The notes below the pieces were generated by a model. It did no database searches, was not told the origin of the DNA, and was given only the letters and a program-made list of their open reading frames with translations. Below are positions 16,875 through 27,726 of a stretch of 64,000 nt of DNA, in pieces. The translations under genes were made by a program, and so were the position numbers. How positions within the stretch are numbered: the first letter of the stretch is position 1; every line of letters starts with the position of its first letter. Source of the DNA: Sulfuricurvum sp. (lineage in GTDB: Bacteria; Campylobacterota; Campylobacteria; Campylobacterales; Sulfurimonadaceae); NCBI GenBank assembly GCA_028714915.1, contig JAQTLL010000005.1, forward strand, positions 193,730 to 257,729, in the 5' to 3' direction.

Positions 16875-17837
16875 TTATTTTCTCTTAGTGTCAATTTGAC
16901 AGCACAACTCTACTGATGCAATCCGAAAAGCAATGGAGTTTTGGAAAATAAGAGGATGTGAATACTGACATGTTACAATCCCCTCACAGGGTGAAAGCAT
17001 TTTTTCGAGCTTTTTTCCACTCAATGCATCCATAATTACCCCGACAACTTCCCCTTTTTTGATAGGTGAACCACAAGCTACTTGAGAAATAAAGATTCCT
17101 GCACGAGAGGCTTTGAGAACGGTAATTCGATTAGGGTCTAAGATATTACTCTTTCGTCCCTCAAAAACGTAAAAATCAAGCATATTCCGCTTAGAGAGAA
17201 ATCTCACTATTGCGGTATGAACTTCATCGCTTATACTCTGATCAATTGACCCATTTTTACCAAAAACAATCGAAAATGCTTTGGTTTCCCACAGTTGCCA
17301 GTTGTACTGAAGCATAGCAGTTTCAACCGGTTCATGCGGACGGTAATGGACGAAACCCATCCCTAAATCTTTGACGCACTCCAAGTCTTCATATCCGCTT
17401 TGGATCAATTTTACATACGGGAGACACATCCCCTGATCACGCCTGCCCTCTAAAATAATCCCATAATCATACCCTTTGAGCTCACCAAAAAGCTGCGATG
17501 CAATGCGCTGAGTCGTTTCACCTTGCGCGTATCCTGGGAACATCATATTGAGATCCGTTTTATCGAGTGGCCAATTTTTTTCTCCCATATTAAGAGCATA
17601 CGCATTGACCGCAGGAATAATAAGAATACGCCCAATAATTTTTCCCTCTTCTTCTTTGGTGCGCAGATACTCTACCAATCCTGATGCTACATAGAGCTGA
17701 TTGATATGATCCCCGCTCATGGCTCCGATGATAGCAACGGAAGGTCCTTTGGACTTTTCTTCACCAAATAAAAAACCTTCAATACGCAAAGGGGCTCGGT
17801 TGGGAGATTCAAGAGTTACTATATCAAATCGTCTCAT
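16875..17837 (-). CDS. AstE/AspA-like M14-fold protein, degenerate active site
   Basis: Aligns with the upstream paralogue, but SGIHGDELEG becomes GAMSGDHINQ, DLNRIFPG becomes DLNMMFPG, and AIDIHSS becomes GIILEGR. Confidence 0.7.
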   Translation of the reverse strand: MRRFDIVTLESPNRAPLRIEGFLFGEEKSKGPSVAIIGAMSGDHINQLYVASGLVEYLRTKEEEGKIIGRILIIPAVNAYALNMGEKNWPLDKTDLNMMFPGYAQGETTQRIASQLFGELKGYDYGIILEGRRDQGMCLPYVKLIQSGYEDLECVKDLGMGFVHYRPHEPVETAMLQYNWQLWETKAFSIVFGKNGSIDQSISDEVHTAIVRFLSKRNMLDFYVFEGRKSNILDPNRITVLKASRAGIFISQVACGSPIKKGEVVGVIMDALSGKKLEKMLSPCEGIVTCQYSHPLIFQNSIAFRIASVELCCQIDTKRK

Positions 17838-18772
17838 TGTTTTTCTCCAAAAATTCGTCCAAGCAGCGAGCCCTCATACACGATCGGATACGCTCTGATA
17901 GTAAAAAGCATCCCCCCAATGGGAGCAATGACCTCATCCATAACCTCACCACTGAGCGCACTCACGATGTGCCCGACAACCGAACCTTTTTCGATAATCT
18001 GGCAATGTTCGATGACAGGGACAAACAATCCGGGACACGCAGCATTAAGGTACGCGACTTCCCCTTCATGCGACTGCATCGGAAAACGAACATCCAGCAG
18101 TTCAATATCTAAAATTCCTTCACATGCCATCAAATTTAACAGTCCATCAAGTAATTGCTGCCCATACGCTTTACCCAAGCGCATCCCAACACCCATCTCT
18201 ACCACCAGCGTTTTTGTTCCGATGGTATTCATCGCATGGGCAAATGTTGACTCCAAAACCGTTACCGCATCATGAACCCAAACAAAATCAATATTTAATA
18301 GATTAGCAAGCGGAACAAGTACATCTTCTTGGGATTTTGCGATACGTACCTGCGGAATTTCACGTAAAAATATATTGCTGGAGTGGATGTCTATTGCCAA
18401 ATCGCTCCCTCTCATTGCATTGACCACCCCATCGGCAATTTGTGCAGGGAGAAAATCATTTTTGCTCCCTGGAAAAATTCGATTCAAATCAACATCGTAA
18501 AAAGGGATAGAGCGGGTAATACTATCTAGCCCCAACGAGTTGATTGCAGGATATATATCGATTATTCCCAAAATTTTATCCGGATTATTACGCAACCACT
18601 GACCAAGCAAGAAACAAACATACTGTCCCTCCAGCTCATCACCATGGATACCGCTCACAATAGAAATACGCTTTGTGCTTTTTTTACCCTTATAACGGCA
18701 ACGCTGAATCCTAAAAGACTCCCCTACCGGAAGCTCTATGGTAAATACTTCTTCGATTAAACCCATATTCAT
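17834..18772 (-). CDS. succinylglutamate desuccinylase/aspartoacylase (AstE/AspA, M14-fold) zinc hydrolase
   Basis: HGDE (HxxE zinc motif), DLNRIFPG, and a second His in DIHS. 4-nt overlaps with both neighbouring ORFs. Confidence 0.8.
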   Translation of the reverse strand: MNMGLIEEVFTIELPVGESFRIQRCRYKGKKSTKRISIVSGIHGDELEGQYVCFLLGQWLRNNPDKILGIIDIYPAINSLGLDSITRSIPFYDVDLNRIFPGSKNDFLPAQIADGVVNAMRGSDLAIDIHSSNIFLREIPQVRIAKSQEDVLVPLANLLNIDFVWVHDAVTVLESTFAHAMNTIGTKTLVVEMGVGMRLGKAYGQQLLDGLLNLMACEGILDIELLDVRFPMQSHEGEVAYLNAACPGLFVPVIEHCQIIEKGSVVGHIVSALSGEVMDEVIAPIGGMLFTIRAYPIVYEGSLLGRIFGEKQ

Positions 18773-19476
18773 CCTTGCGATTGTAACGTTTGCTCAGTCT
18801 CTTTTACTGATATATTTTCTTGAATAACTCGATTAATTACTCCGTTCACTGCTTCAAGAGCTTTAGGAATATCAGATGAAGTAATTTGAAGCGGTTGATA
18901 ATGATGATTGAGCCGTCTGGCAATCACATTCATCGCTTCGAGTTCAGCATTGACAAGATCAATACCGTCATACAGTCTTAAAATCAAATCAAAGCGTTCA
19001 ATTTGCTGACCCAAACGGATAAAATGGTAGGCTTTAGGCCGTCCCAATTCCGAGGAAAAAATACCTAAAATAAGTGCAAAATGATCAATCATCTCTTCTA
19101 AAGTAGTAGGACTAACGACACTTTCCCGTCCTGCTACAATATGATTAAAAATTTTATTTAGGGTCGAAAATCCACGTTCATCCAATAAATGGCGCGTTTC
19201 GATTGCATTTTCTCTAGCCCATGTGATAATCAACTCAATGCTTGCGCCATGCTCTCCATAAACCCCCTGTTTCAAAAAATCAAGGGCATTGTTATACTCA
19301 ATCTCAATTCCCAATTTTGCATAGAGTTTGCGCCCATCATCCACATCACGATCGATGACATAATCATAACTGTTGACAAGTTCACGTAAAAGAGTTTCAG
19401 CACGCTGAACGTACCGCCCAAACCAATAAAGTCTTTGCGCCGTATTAACAGAAATAGCCACACCGTTCGTCATCAT
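18769..19476 (-). CDS. alpha-E domain protein (COG2307/DUF403-like), short form
   Basis: AQRLYWFGRYVQRAETLLREL matches the alpha-E signature (LYW.GRY.ERAE). ATG 19476-19474 overlaps the TGA of the ATP-grasp gene. An alternative ATG lies at 19491. Confidence 0.75.
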   Translation of the reverse strand: MMTNGVAISVNTAQRLYWFGRYVQRAETLLRELVNSYDYVIDRDVDDGRKLYAKLGIEIEYNNALDFLKQGVYGEHGASIELIITWARENAIETRHLLDERGFSTLNKIFNHIVAGRESVVSPTTLEEMIDHFALILGIFSSELGRPKAYHFIRLGQQIERFDLILRLYDGIDLVNAELEAMNVIARRLNHHYQPLQITSSDIPKALEAVNGVINRVIQENISVKETEQTLQSQG

Positions 19477-20837
19477 AATTCCACCACCCATGTATCTTTG
19501 AATCCGCCGCCTTGAGACGAATTGACGAGGTAATTACCCTCTTCCATTGCATAACGAGTCAATCCACCCATGCTCACACTTACTTCTTCTCCATAGATGA
19601 CGTAAGCACGCAAATCAGCTTTTCGAGGGAGAATTTTCCCTTCTATCATACAAGGTAAATCATAAAATTCAATGACCTCTTGAGCAATAAAACGACGAGG
19701 ATTTTCTAAAATCATCTCTATAATATTCGCACGCTCTTGGGGAGTCAAACGATTGCCAAACAATACTCCATACCCGCCAGCTTCCGCAACATCTTTAATA
19801 ACTAATTTGTCAATATTTGCCAAAACATATTCACGATCTTTTTCATAATAAGGGAGATAGGTCGGTGCATTTTTAAGCAAAGGTTCTTCATCCAAATAAT
19901 ACTTCACCATTTGCGGGACAAAATAATAAATACCTTTATCATCCGCAACACCGTTTCCGATACTGTTCATAATGGCCACATTACCAGCTCGATACGCACT
20001 GGCAAGATGGGGAACACCAATCAAACTCTCTTCATCAAACTCTTCGGGATCTAAAAAATCATCATCAAGCCGACGGTATATCGCTCCGACACGTTGACGC
20101 TCACCGTTGTAAACACATAAAAACACTTCATTATTTTCTACCACCAAATCCTCGCCCAATGCAAGGGTAGCGCCGGTAATTTTTGCCAAATAACTGTGTT
20201 CATAATAGGCAGAATTGTATCGTCCGGGTGTCAAAACGACATTGAGACCGCCCGTATTGACATATTTCATAGCTGCTTTGAGCTGATCACCGTATTGTTT
20301 GATCTTCGAAATTTTCATCGACTCAAAAAATTCAGGATAGGTGTGGCGGAAGGCACGACGGATAGTGAGGGGATAACTGACACCACTGGGAACACGCAGG
20401 TTATCTTCAAGAATTACCCACTCCCCGCTCACACTGTCTTTTACCAAATCAATACCGCTAATATGCGTTCTAATCCCCCGAGAAGGAACAACTCCCATGA
20501 AAGTGGGGAGAAAACCAACTGCTGAATCAATGTATTCGCGAGGAACAATTCCATCTTTAATAATACGCTGTTCACCGTAAACATCATTCAAAAAGGCATT
20601 TAATGCTTTGACACGCTGAACAATGCCGGCTTCGAGATGATCAAACTCTTTTTTGGGGATAATGCGGGGAATCATATCAAAAGGAAAAGAGCGCTCAATA
20701 AAATTCCCCTCTTTAAAGAGGTTAAAATTAACTGCATTAGCCTCCAAAAAATCTTTAAACTCAGGGATTTTACTTTTATCAACGCTATCAAAAATATCAT
20801 AAAAATTTTGTAACTCTGGACTCACAGGCTCAATCAT
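19473..20837 (-). CDS. circularly permuted type-2 ATP-grasp protein (COG2308, DUF404/DUF407-like)
   Basis: 454 aa. The size, its position directly upstream of an alpha-E gene, and segments such as GIDLVKD..GEWVILEDNLRVPSG and GGYGVLFG fit this family as I remember it. Confidence 0.75.
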   Translation of the reverse strand: MIEPVSPELQNFYDIFDSVDKSKIPEFKDFLEANAVNFNLFKEGNFIERSFPFDMIPRIIPKKEFDHLEAGIVQRVKALNAFLNDVYGEQRIIKDGIVPREYIDSAVGFLPTFMGVVPSRGIRTHISGIDLVKDSVSGEWVILEDNLRVPSGVSYPLTIRRAFRHTYPEFFESMKISKIKQYGDQLKAAMKYVNTGGLNVVLTPGRYNSAYYEHSYLAKITGATLALGEDLVVENNEVFLCVYNGERQRVGAIYRRLDDDFLDPEEFDEESLIGVPHLASAYRAGNVAIMNSIGNGVADDKGIYYFVPQMVKYYLDEEPLLKNAPTYLPYYEKDREYVLANIDKLVIKDVAEAGGYGVLFGNRLTPQERANIIEMILENPRRFIAQEVIEFYDLPCMIEGKILPRKADLRAYVIYGEEVSVSMGGLTRYAMEEGNYLVNSSQGGGFKDTWVVEL

Positions 20838-20999
20838 AAGTACCCTTTGTGAAAAGATAGGATTAGCTCTATCATATCCTAAAGTAATCTCAAGGATTGC
20901 TTAAAAAAAAAGTAATTTTGATTTTTAGATAAAAAAAAGGAAGAAAGAACTCACATCAAACTCCATTTTAAATGGGCTTGATACGATGAGCGGTGTTAT

Positions 21000-22643
21000 T
21001 TATTCTGTTTTGAATTGACGCAATTGATCATTAAGGGCTAAGGAGGTTTGTGTAAGCTCTTTCATCTCACCATTAATTGCTTCGACTGACTCGATAGCAC
21101 CATTAAGGCTTTGATCCATTCGGTTGATTTCTCGAATAACATGTTCAATACTTACTGTGGTAGTTCCAAGCGTTTGAAGTGTTCTGTGCATAGCATCTCC
21201 GGTCTTATTCATAGTACTAACGGTTTCATCAATTTGATGTTTAACATCTGAAGATACGGTGTTTAAATTTTTAATATTTTGAGCATTGCGATTCATTTTA
21301 TCGCTTGCATCACCGATAGACTGGACAATAACACTAATAGTTGAATTAATTTCCGTGAGGCTTTTTTGGGTACGTTCAGCCAATTTTCGTACTTCATCGG
21401 CTACAACCGCAAATCCTCGCCCATGTTCTCCAGCACGTGCAGCTTCAATCGCTGCATTGAGTGCTAGCAAATTGGTTTGATCTGCAATATCTCCGATCAC
21501 AACCAACACCCCTTTAATCTGAGTGGCATCGGAGTTTAGCTGATTTAAGTCTTCTACCAAAGAGGATTCCATCTCAGCAGCATGGCTAATTTTTTCAATC
21601 ATAATGGTAACACTTTGATTTGAAGCATTCAAATTTTCTTGTGCATTTTCAATCTCTGATTTAACTTCATTTGCTTCCTGAATCATTGCCTGAATTAACT
21701 GATTAATCTGATCACCATTTTGTGACGCTAGACGCATATCTTTAGAATTGCTGCGTAAACTTTCAAGCATAATCGAAAAGTTACTCTGAATTTTATCGGC
21801 TACCTCTCTGTTGAGGGATGAGCTGTGTTTAGAGCTGTGCAATACCCCTTTTGTAGAAGCAATCATTCTACCGATACTTTGGAATATTTTTCCAATCTCG
21901 TCATCACCATTACGGCTATTGATAAAGGTAAAATCATGCTGTTCATCAACATACGCAATAGTCTCTTGAAGAGAATGAATAGATTTTTGTATCATCACCA
22001 CAATCATCATACTCAAAATAACAATAACACCAACAAATAACAAACTTACGAAAATAAGTATATTTCGATATGAACTTAATGTCTTATCAAAAGAAGCTAA
22101 ATTTTCATCTAACTTTTTATTTGAAAATGCAGTAAGTGCTGAAAGTTCATTTTTGGTTTTTACCGCAACTGAGTTAAATGAACTGACCGCATCAACACGA
22201 TCTTCAAGAACATTGGTATCATCCGTAAATGTCTCAATCATTGATCTGCCCATAGTATTCATACTTTTCAAACGAGTACGAATATTGTCTACAATGGGTT
22301 TGAGCTCTCCCATTCCGTCATGTTTTGTAAATGTATCAAGCTCTTTCATATCGCTGTCAAGTTTTTCTTGAATAATACTCACGGATTTTTCATAATCGGA
22401 TTCAAGTGCCATTTGGGATGCTGAAGCAGTGAGTAAAATATTTTGCATTTGAGCAAGATTACTCGCAATATCGTTTGAGACAATAATCAATCGAAGTTCA
22501 CGTTCTTTGAAGCTATTAAAACTCTCTTTGGATGATGATAATGCGCTAATACTCACAATACTAATGATAACTAAAACCGTGACACTCAGCGCCACAATGA
22601 GCCAAATTTTGGCTCGAATACTCATCTGTTCAAACATACCCAT
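21000..22643 (-). CDS. methyl-accepting chemotaxis protein
   Basis: Highly conserved signalling hairpin [38 protein letters not shown]-terminal TM, periplasmic domain, second TM. Confidence 0.9.
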   Translation of the reverse strand: MGMFEQMSIRAKIWLIVALSVTVLVIISIVSISALSSSKESFNSFKERELRLIIVSNDIASNLAQMQNILLTASASQMALESDYEKSVSIIQEKLDSDMKELDTFTKHDGMGELKPIVDNIRTRLKSMNTMGRSMIETFTDDTNVLEDRVDAVSSFNSVAVKTKNELSALTAFSNKKLDENLASFDKTLSSYRNILIFVSLLFVGVIVILSMMIVVMIQKSIHSLQETIAYVDEQHDFTFINSRNGDDEIGKIFQSIGRMIASTKGVLHSSKHSSSLNREVADKIQSNFSIMLESLRSNSKDMRLASQNGDQINQLIQAMIQEANEVKSEIENAQENLNASNQSVTIMIEKISHAAEMESSLVEDLNQLNSDATQIKGVLVVIGDIADQTNLLALNAAIEAARAGEHGRGFAVVADEVRKLAERTQKSLTEINSTISVIVQSIGDASDKMNRNAQNIKNLNTVSSDVKHQIDETVSTMNKTGDAMHRTLQTLGTTTVSIEHVIREINRMDQSLNGAIESVEAINGEMKELTQTSLALNDQLRQFKTE

Positions 22644-22660
22644 TTTTAAATCCTTAATAA

Positions 22661-24124
22661 TTAATAGCTAACGTTGAAAAGCAAATAATAGTTCTTTAAT
22701 TTATCAAGCTGGGAACCATATCCAGGTGATGTTAACACCGTTGGTGCACCGATTTGCATACCGCTACCGCTGTAATCGTAGTCAATAAATTGAGCGCCTG
22801 TACGTAGATACGCATAACGGTTAATTGGCTGGATGTAGTATGCTTCAATCGCATCACCACGAGTTGCCAACTTGTTGGTTACATCATTTGAACCTTGAGT
22901 AAAACTAAACCAATTTTGGCTACCGTGATTGTATTCAAGTCCGATACGTGGGTTATTGAGCATTTCACTACTAAATGTGTAACGTCCTCCCATCCAGAAG
23001 GCATGCCCTTTTTTATCAGAAGTATCACCAAAAGTTGACGTTAAAAGTCCAACGTCATATCCTGTATCAGCAACTCCGTCACCATTTATATCAAATTGGC
23101 TTAATGTACCATTTGGTTTAGAAACTGATATTGCATAGTGAGCAAATAAATCAAGATTGGTATCTGCAAGATTTGTGAATTCAACCATTGCGGTATACAA
23201 ACTCACATCACCAATATTTTTATTTTGACCTTGAACATTTGAATTTGAAACTACATCAGTCGCTTTAACCGCACTCACTTGCACCAATGAACCAGCGATT
23301 CCAAGTCCTGCATCTAAAAAGGCTCCAACCACTTTTGTATCGGCGATTCCGCCGGAAGCTCCAACGTAACTAGCTCCAGTATTTTGCTGGTATCCTTTGC
23401 CATAACCAAAACGTAATGCCATATCAGGAATACTGGTGATTTTTGAGAGTCCAACAGTCGCAACGACACCATCGGCTCCACCATCAAAACTGAGTGCAGA
23501 GTAGGTTGATTTACGAACAGTATTATCTTTGAACTGGTGAGATGGGCCATCTGAACTCGGTTGACGACCAATAGTCAAGGCTACAGGAACGTTACCTTTA
23601 AGAACTGTCCAATCGACGTAGGCACGATCAACAAAGACTGAGCTGTCACTCGGTCGACGACCTTGCATCGGGTCCATTCCTGAATAGGTAAAACCGCTAC
23701 CATCATCTGCCCAATTTTTGTACATCACGACGCGACCGGTAAATTTCATATCATCGGTAATAACAGAGGACATATTAAGTCTCAAACGATTTGACCATAC
23801 ATCATTATTTGAACTTTTTATACCGTCTGCTGTGGTACGCTTGAATGAATCAACACGGGTTCTAAAATCGACACCCCAATTAATCTTATTTACCATAGAT
23901 GCGGTTTCAACTTTATCAATACGCTCTTCAAGTTCATCTACACGAGCAATTTCTTGCTTGCCTACTTGTGCAGTTTGTTGTTTAGACATTTGTTCATTTT
24001 GAGCTTTTTGTAATGCTTCAATTTTACTTTTTAACTCATCAATTTGAGCCTGAAATGAACTGTCAGCTGCGTATACGCTAACAACAAGAGAAGCAAGGGC
24101 ACTTAGTACAATAGTTTTTTTCAT
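22661..24124 (-). CDS. outer-membrane beta-barrel (porin-like) protein with N-terminal coiled coil, DUF3373-like
   Basis: Signal peptide ...SVYA, the coiled coil [21 protein letters not shown], alternating beta-strand pattern, and a C-terminal ...LLFNVSY aromatic terminus typical of OMPs. Confidence 0.55.
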   Translation of the reverse strand: MKKTIVLSALASLVVSVYAADSSFQAQIDELKSKIEALQKAQNEQMSKQQTAQVGKQEIARVDELEERIDKVETASMVNKINWGVDFRTRVDSFKRTTADGIKSSNNDVWSNRLRLNMSSVITDDMKFTGRVVMYKNWADDGSGFTYSGMDPMQGRRPSDSSVFVDRAYVDWTVLKGNVPVALTIGRQPSSDGPSHQFKDNTVRKSTYSALSFDGGADGVVATVGLSKITSIPDMALRFGYGKGYQQNTGASYVGASGGIADTKVVGAFLDAGLGIAGSLVQVSAVKATDVVSNSNVQGQNKNIGDVSLYTAMVEFTNLADTNLDLFAHYAISVSKPNGTLSQFDINGDGVADTGYDVGLLTSTFGDTSDKKGHAFWMGGRYTFSSEMLNNPRIGLEYNHGSQNWFSFTQGSNDVTNKLATRGDAIEAYYIQPINRYAYLRTGAQFIDYDYSGSGMQIGAPTVLTSPGYGSQLDKLKNYYLLFNVSY

Positions 24125-24145
24125 AATAGAGAGTTCCTTTTTAGA

Positions 24146-24409
24146 TTATAAACCCGCAGCTTCGGGATGATCCGAATCAGCAGCATGAGATGTTAAATAT
24201 CCTTTTAAGGCGCTTTGATCGCCATCACTTAATTTGTCAATCCCCATGGAAGCCATCTTGTCAGGTTTTTCAAAAATTTTTTCCCACTGCTTAATTGCCT
24301 TAGAACTAGGATCTAACTTTAACGATTTAGCCAAGTCTTTACCGCTTGCAGCAAATACCGAGGTTGATAATACCATCAAGCTAAATAACATTATGAGTGC
24401 TGATTTCAT
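24146..24409 (-). CDS. small secreted protein, unknown function
   Basis: 87 aa with signal peptide MKSALIMLFSLMVLSTSVFA. Lies 21 nt upstream of the porin-like gene on the same strand. Confidence 0.45.
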   Translation of the reverse strand: MKSALIMLFSLMVLSTSVFAASGKDLAKSLKLDPSSKAIKQWEKIFEKPDKMASMGIDKLSDGDQSALKGYLTSHAADSDHPEAAGL

Positions 24410-24556
24410 ACCTTATTTCTTCCTTATAATTAAAATATTTAATATGAATTATAAGTAAATTAACTTAATATTTTATTCTTTTTTGATAATTTATTCCTAG
24501 ATGATTCTATGAACTATAAAACTTTATATAAAGAGGAGGAGGCGAAAAAACAGAAA

Positions 24557-25342
24557 TTATCCGTTTTTGAGTTTTTTTAGCGCACCTTCTACATCATCCT
24601 GACGCATGAGCGATTCGCCGACCAAGAATGCATCCACGCCCGCTTTGCTTAGATCTTCCAACTGACCGTGTTCATAGATTCCACTTTCAGCAACAATAAT
24701 TTTGCCGTTTGGAATCAAAGGGATGAGATCATAACTCAGATTCATATTCATCTCAAATGTCTGAAGATTACGGTGATTGATTCCAATAATATCCGCACCC
24801 GCATAAATCGCTTTGGTGAGTTCACCTTTATCATGAATTTCAACCAATGCTTCCATCCCTAGATGGCGCGTGTAGTTTAACAGCTCTTTGAGCTCACTTT
24901 TAGAAAGTGCTGCCGCAATAAGGAGAACAAAATCAGCTCCGTAAACAAGTGCTTCGAGGAGCTGATATTTGGAAATGATAAAATCTTTACGTAAAAGTGG
25001 GACTCCGACATAACGACGAATTTCGGCTAAATAATCCAAATGCCCTTGGAAAAAATGAGGCTCGGTCAAAATTGAAATAGCATTCGCACCGCCACGCTCA
25101 TACGCTTGCGCTATCGCTACAGGATCGAAATCCTCACGAATAATGCCACGCGAAGGGCTCGCTTTTTTAACTTCTGAGATGATACGGTACGGCTCATCAG
25201 CAGTTGCCGTCAAAAACGGACGTACATCACGCGGAGCACGCGCATTAAATGCCAAAGAACGTCCCAGCCACTCCATACTAAACTTGGCTTCACGCTCTTT
25301 TAAATCTTCTTTTGTTCTTTTGATGATGTCGTCTAGTATCAT
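24557..25342 (-). CDS. trpC: indole-3-glycerol phosphate synthase
   Basis: [28 protein letters not shown], and IGINHRNL near the C-terminal half. Confidence 0.9.
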   Translation of the reverse strand: MILDDIIKRTKEDLKEREAKFSMEWLGRSLAFNARAPRDVRPFLTATADEPYRIISEVKKASPSRGIIREDFDPVAIAQAYERGGANAISILTEPHFFQGHLDYLAEIRRYVGVPLLRKDFIISKYQLLEALVYGADFVLLIAAALSKSELKELLNYTRHLGMEALVEIHDKGELTKAIYAGADIIGINHRNLQTFEMNMNLSYDLIPLIPNGKIIVAESGIYEHGQLEDLSKAGVDAFLVGESLMRQDDVEGALKKLKNG

Positions 25343-26637
25343 TTTTTCTCCTTAGTTTTACACATTTCTATTGTTTTAAGATGATCCTTCACCTCTTGTT
25401 CCTCTGTACCAATCATCGATTCAACCTGCTTCATCAGACGCAATGCTTCTGCACATTCACCCTTTTTATAATGTCCCCATGCGAGAGAATCGATATAAAA
25501 CGGGGATTCAGGTTGTGCAGCAAGGGCTTTTTTGACATACACCATCCCGCCATCTACATCAATATCATGATCAATCATCAAATAGCCCAAATAATTAGCA
25601 TATAAGGGACTTTCAATCTCACTATTAACCTGCTTAAGTCCATCGACCACTTCATTCAAAAGGAGAGGATCATTTTTGTTTGCGGATGCTTCATAAGCAA
25701 AAACAGAACTTTGCGCCAAATAGAGGGGATTTTGATCTTTTTTGTACAGTTTTTTTGCCAATTCGGAGGCCTTGTCAAATTGTTTATTCCGAATATACAA
25801 TTCCAATAAAAGAGGATCATTAATACCTGTTTTTTCAAGTATTATATTAAGTTTGACAATATTTTGCTGATATGCATAAATTTTAATCGCTTCTTGCGCG
25901 ATAAGAGGATCAAGAGTAAGAGCATACGTTTGTTCATACATCAATGCCGCATCATCAAACTCACCGCTATCGGCATAAAAACTTCCCAAACGTTTCCCAA
26001 GAACTTTACTGTTTCCATGCTCTCCAATATGCTCTTTTAAAAAGGCTATTCCCTCTTTTTTTTGTCCCAAATGGGCATACAGTATGAGAGCGATACGATC
26101 CGCCATCTCTTCATCGTGCGTGCTGTCGTATCCTTTTTTAAGAGCACTGTATCCACCTTGAAAATTACCCAATTTTATCAAAGCTTCTGCATTCAATGCA
26201 TAATCAGCAGCAGCTTTAGTCTGCTCACTTAGCGCAGAGGACTCCTGTGCGGCTTGCGAATATTTCCCGCTTTTAAGCAACGCAATAATACCAAAACGGA
26301 GTAACGTTTGATCTTCAGGATGTACAACCAATGCAGTTTGGGTTAAACGGGTCAGCTTCTCAGTATCATTGCTCTTTTCAACCATACGCAACGATTGATA
26401 CAAATACTCTTTTCGTCCGGTCTTACTATAAAGTGTATCAAAATAGCCGGCAGCTACATCATTTTTTTGACGCATTTGAGCATCCAATGCTGCCAAAATA
26501 TAAGCCTCATCACTTATTTCTATTGGCTGGCTTACGACTACACTCTTTTGTTCTTTAAGCTTTGTAGCACCTTGCAAACTTACACTTATTACGAGCACTA
26601 GTAAGAAAAATTTATTCATCCTATTATCCCTGGACAT
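25339..26637 (-). CDS. periplasmic TPR-repeat protein
   Basis: Signal peptide followed by repeated A..Y/L..G helical pairs along 432 aa. Overlaps trpC by 4 nt. Confidence 0.6.
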   Translation of the reverse strand: MSRDNRMNKFFLLVLVISVSLQGATKLKEQKSVVVSQPIEISDEAYILAALDAQMRQKNDVAAGYFDTLYSKTGRKEYLYQSLRMVEKSNDTEKLTRLTQTALVVHPEDQTLLRFGIIALLKSGKYSQAAQESSALSEQTKAAADYALNAEALIKLGNFQGGYSALKKGYDSTHDEEMADRIALILYAHLGQKKEGIAFLKEHIGEHGNSKVLGKRLGSFYADSGEFDDAALMYEQTYALTLDPLIAQEAIKIYAYQQNIVKLNIILEKTGINDPLLLELYIRNKQFDKASELAKKLYKKDQNPLYLAQSSVFAYEASANKNDPLLLNEVVDGLKQVNSEIESPLYANYLGYLMIDHDIDVDGGMVYVKKALAAQPESPFYIDSLAWGHYKKGECAEALRLMKQVESMIGTEEQEVKDHLKTIEMCKTKEKK

Positions 26638-26993
26638 TCAGCTTTTAGTTCATCAATACGGTGACGAAAGTAATCCCAAAACGGAAACGTTCGACACTGC
26701 AACGGACGGGCTTCGTAAATACTACATCCATTTTGTGAACGATTAAAAAATACACAATCATACGAACCGTTTACAACTTTCTCTTTGAGTGAATAACGAT
26801 AAGCCTCTTTACGCAAAAAATTACGGCGGAACTCTCTTTCGTCGAGATTTAAAAGCTTTGCGATGGCGGTAATTTCAGTTACGGAAACAAAGATATTGCC
26901 ACTCTCTCCTGTACAGCAGTTGCCTCCGCATGAGGCGCACGCATCGGGATTAAAAGCGTAACAAAACCCTTCTTGTGTCATTAAATCGGACAT
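26616..26993 (-). CDS. YkgJ/UPF0153 family Cys-cluster (zinc/iron-chelating) protein
   Basis: CASCGGNCC plus later CVFF..GCSIY..RPLQCRTFPFW. Confidence 0.7.
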   Translation of the reverse strand: MSDLMTQEGFCYAFNPDACASCGGNCCTGESGNIFVSVTEITAIAKLLNLDEREFRRNFLRKEAYRYSLKEKVVNGSYDCVFFNRSQNGCSIYEARPLQCRTFPFWDYFRHRIDELKAECPGIIG

Positions 26994-27673
26994 TTGATAC
27001 TGTGCACCTTTGCTTTGCTGTAAATTTCCTGCACCGCAGGGGTATATGCTTCATCTTCAAATGTTATCAGCGGAGGCAAAACATTTGTGGCAGATTTACT
27101 ATTTTTTTTCGCATGAATCATCACCAATGTACTGGAACGATCTTGCTTTGAATGGACGAATTGTACATTAGTGACTCTTAATCCAGCATCTTCAAACGCA
27201 CTGCACACTGCAACAAATTGCCTCGCGTCGTAACAGATAGCCACTTGCCCTTTTGGTTTCAAAAGTTTCGCGATTTTTCGGGCGAAAATCTCAATGGGCA
27301 AATGAATATTATAACGGGCTTGATGAACCATTTCATTTTGTGTTCTTGCGGAACCTTCATGATAAAAAGGGGGATTGGAAACAATCCAATCAAACCCTTT
27401 GGAGTCATTAAACTCAGCAAAATCCCCTTCATGAATACTGTACTGAATATGATTAATCTGCGCATTACGACGGGCAAACTCAACATAAAGACTCTGTTTT
27501 TCAACTCCCTCAAGTGCCACATAGCAATCACGCGCCACTAAAAGCCCAACAATTCCGCACCCCGTCCCGACATCGAGCATCCGACCTTTTGGTGCAAAGG
27601 AAGTAATAAACCCGTACAAAAGTATCGAATCACTGTTGTAACAATAGCCACCGTCGATTTGATAAAGAAGCAA
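26981..27673 (-). CDS. class I SAM-dependent N6-adenine methyltransferase (TrmN6/YfiC-like)
   Basis: SAM motif MLDVGTGCGIVGL and catalytic VSNPPFY. Confidence 0.75.
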   Translation of the reverse strand: MLLYQIDGGYCYNSDSILLYGFITSFAPKGRMLDVGTGCGIVGLLVARDCYVALEGVEKQSLYVEFARRNAQINHIQYSIHEGDFAEFNDSKGFDWIVSNPPFYHEGSARTQNEMVHQARYNIHLPIEIFARKIAKLLKPKGQVAICYDARQFVAVCSAFEDAGLRVTNVQFVHSKQDRSSTLVMIHAKKNSKSATNVLPPLITFEDEAYTPAVQEIYSKAKVHSIKCPI

Positions 27674-27726
27674 TTGTCTCCCTTTGAGTTATAATTTAAT
27701 AATTATATCGTTACCAAGGTTTACTA

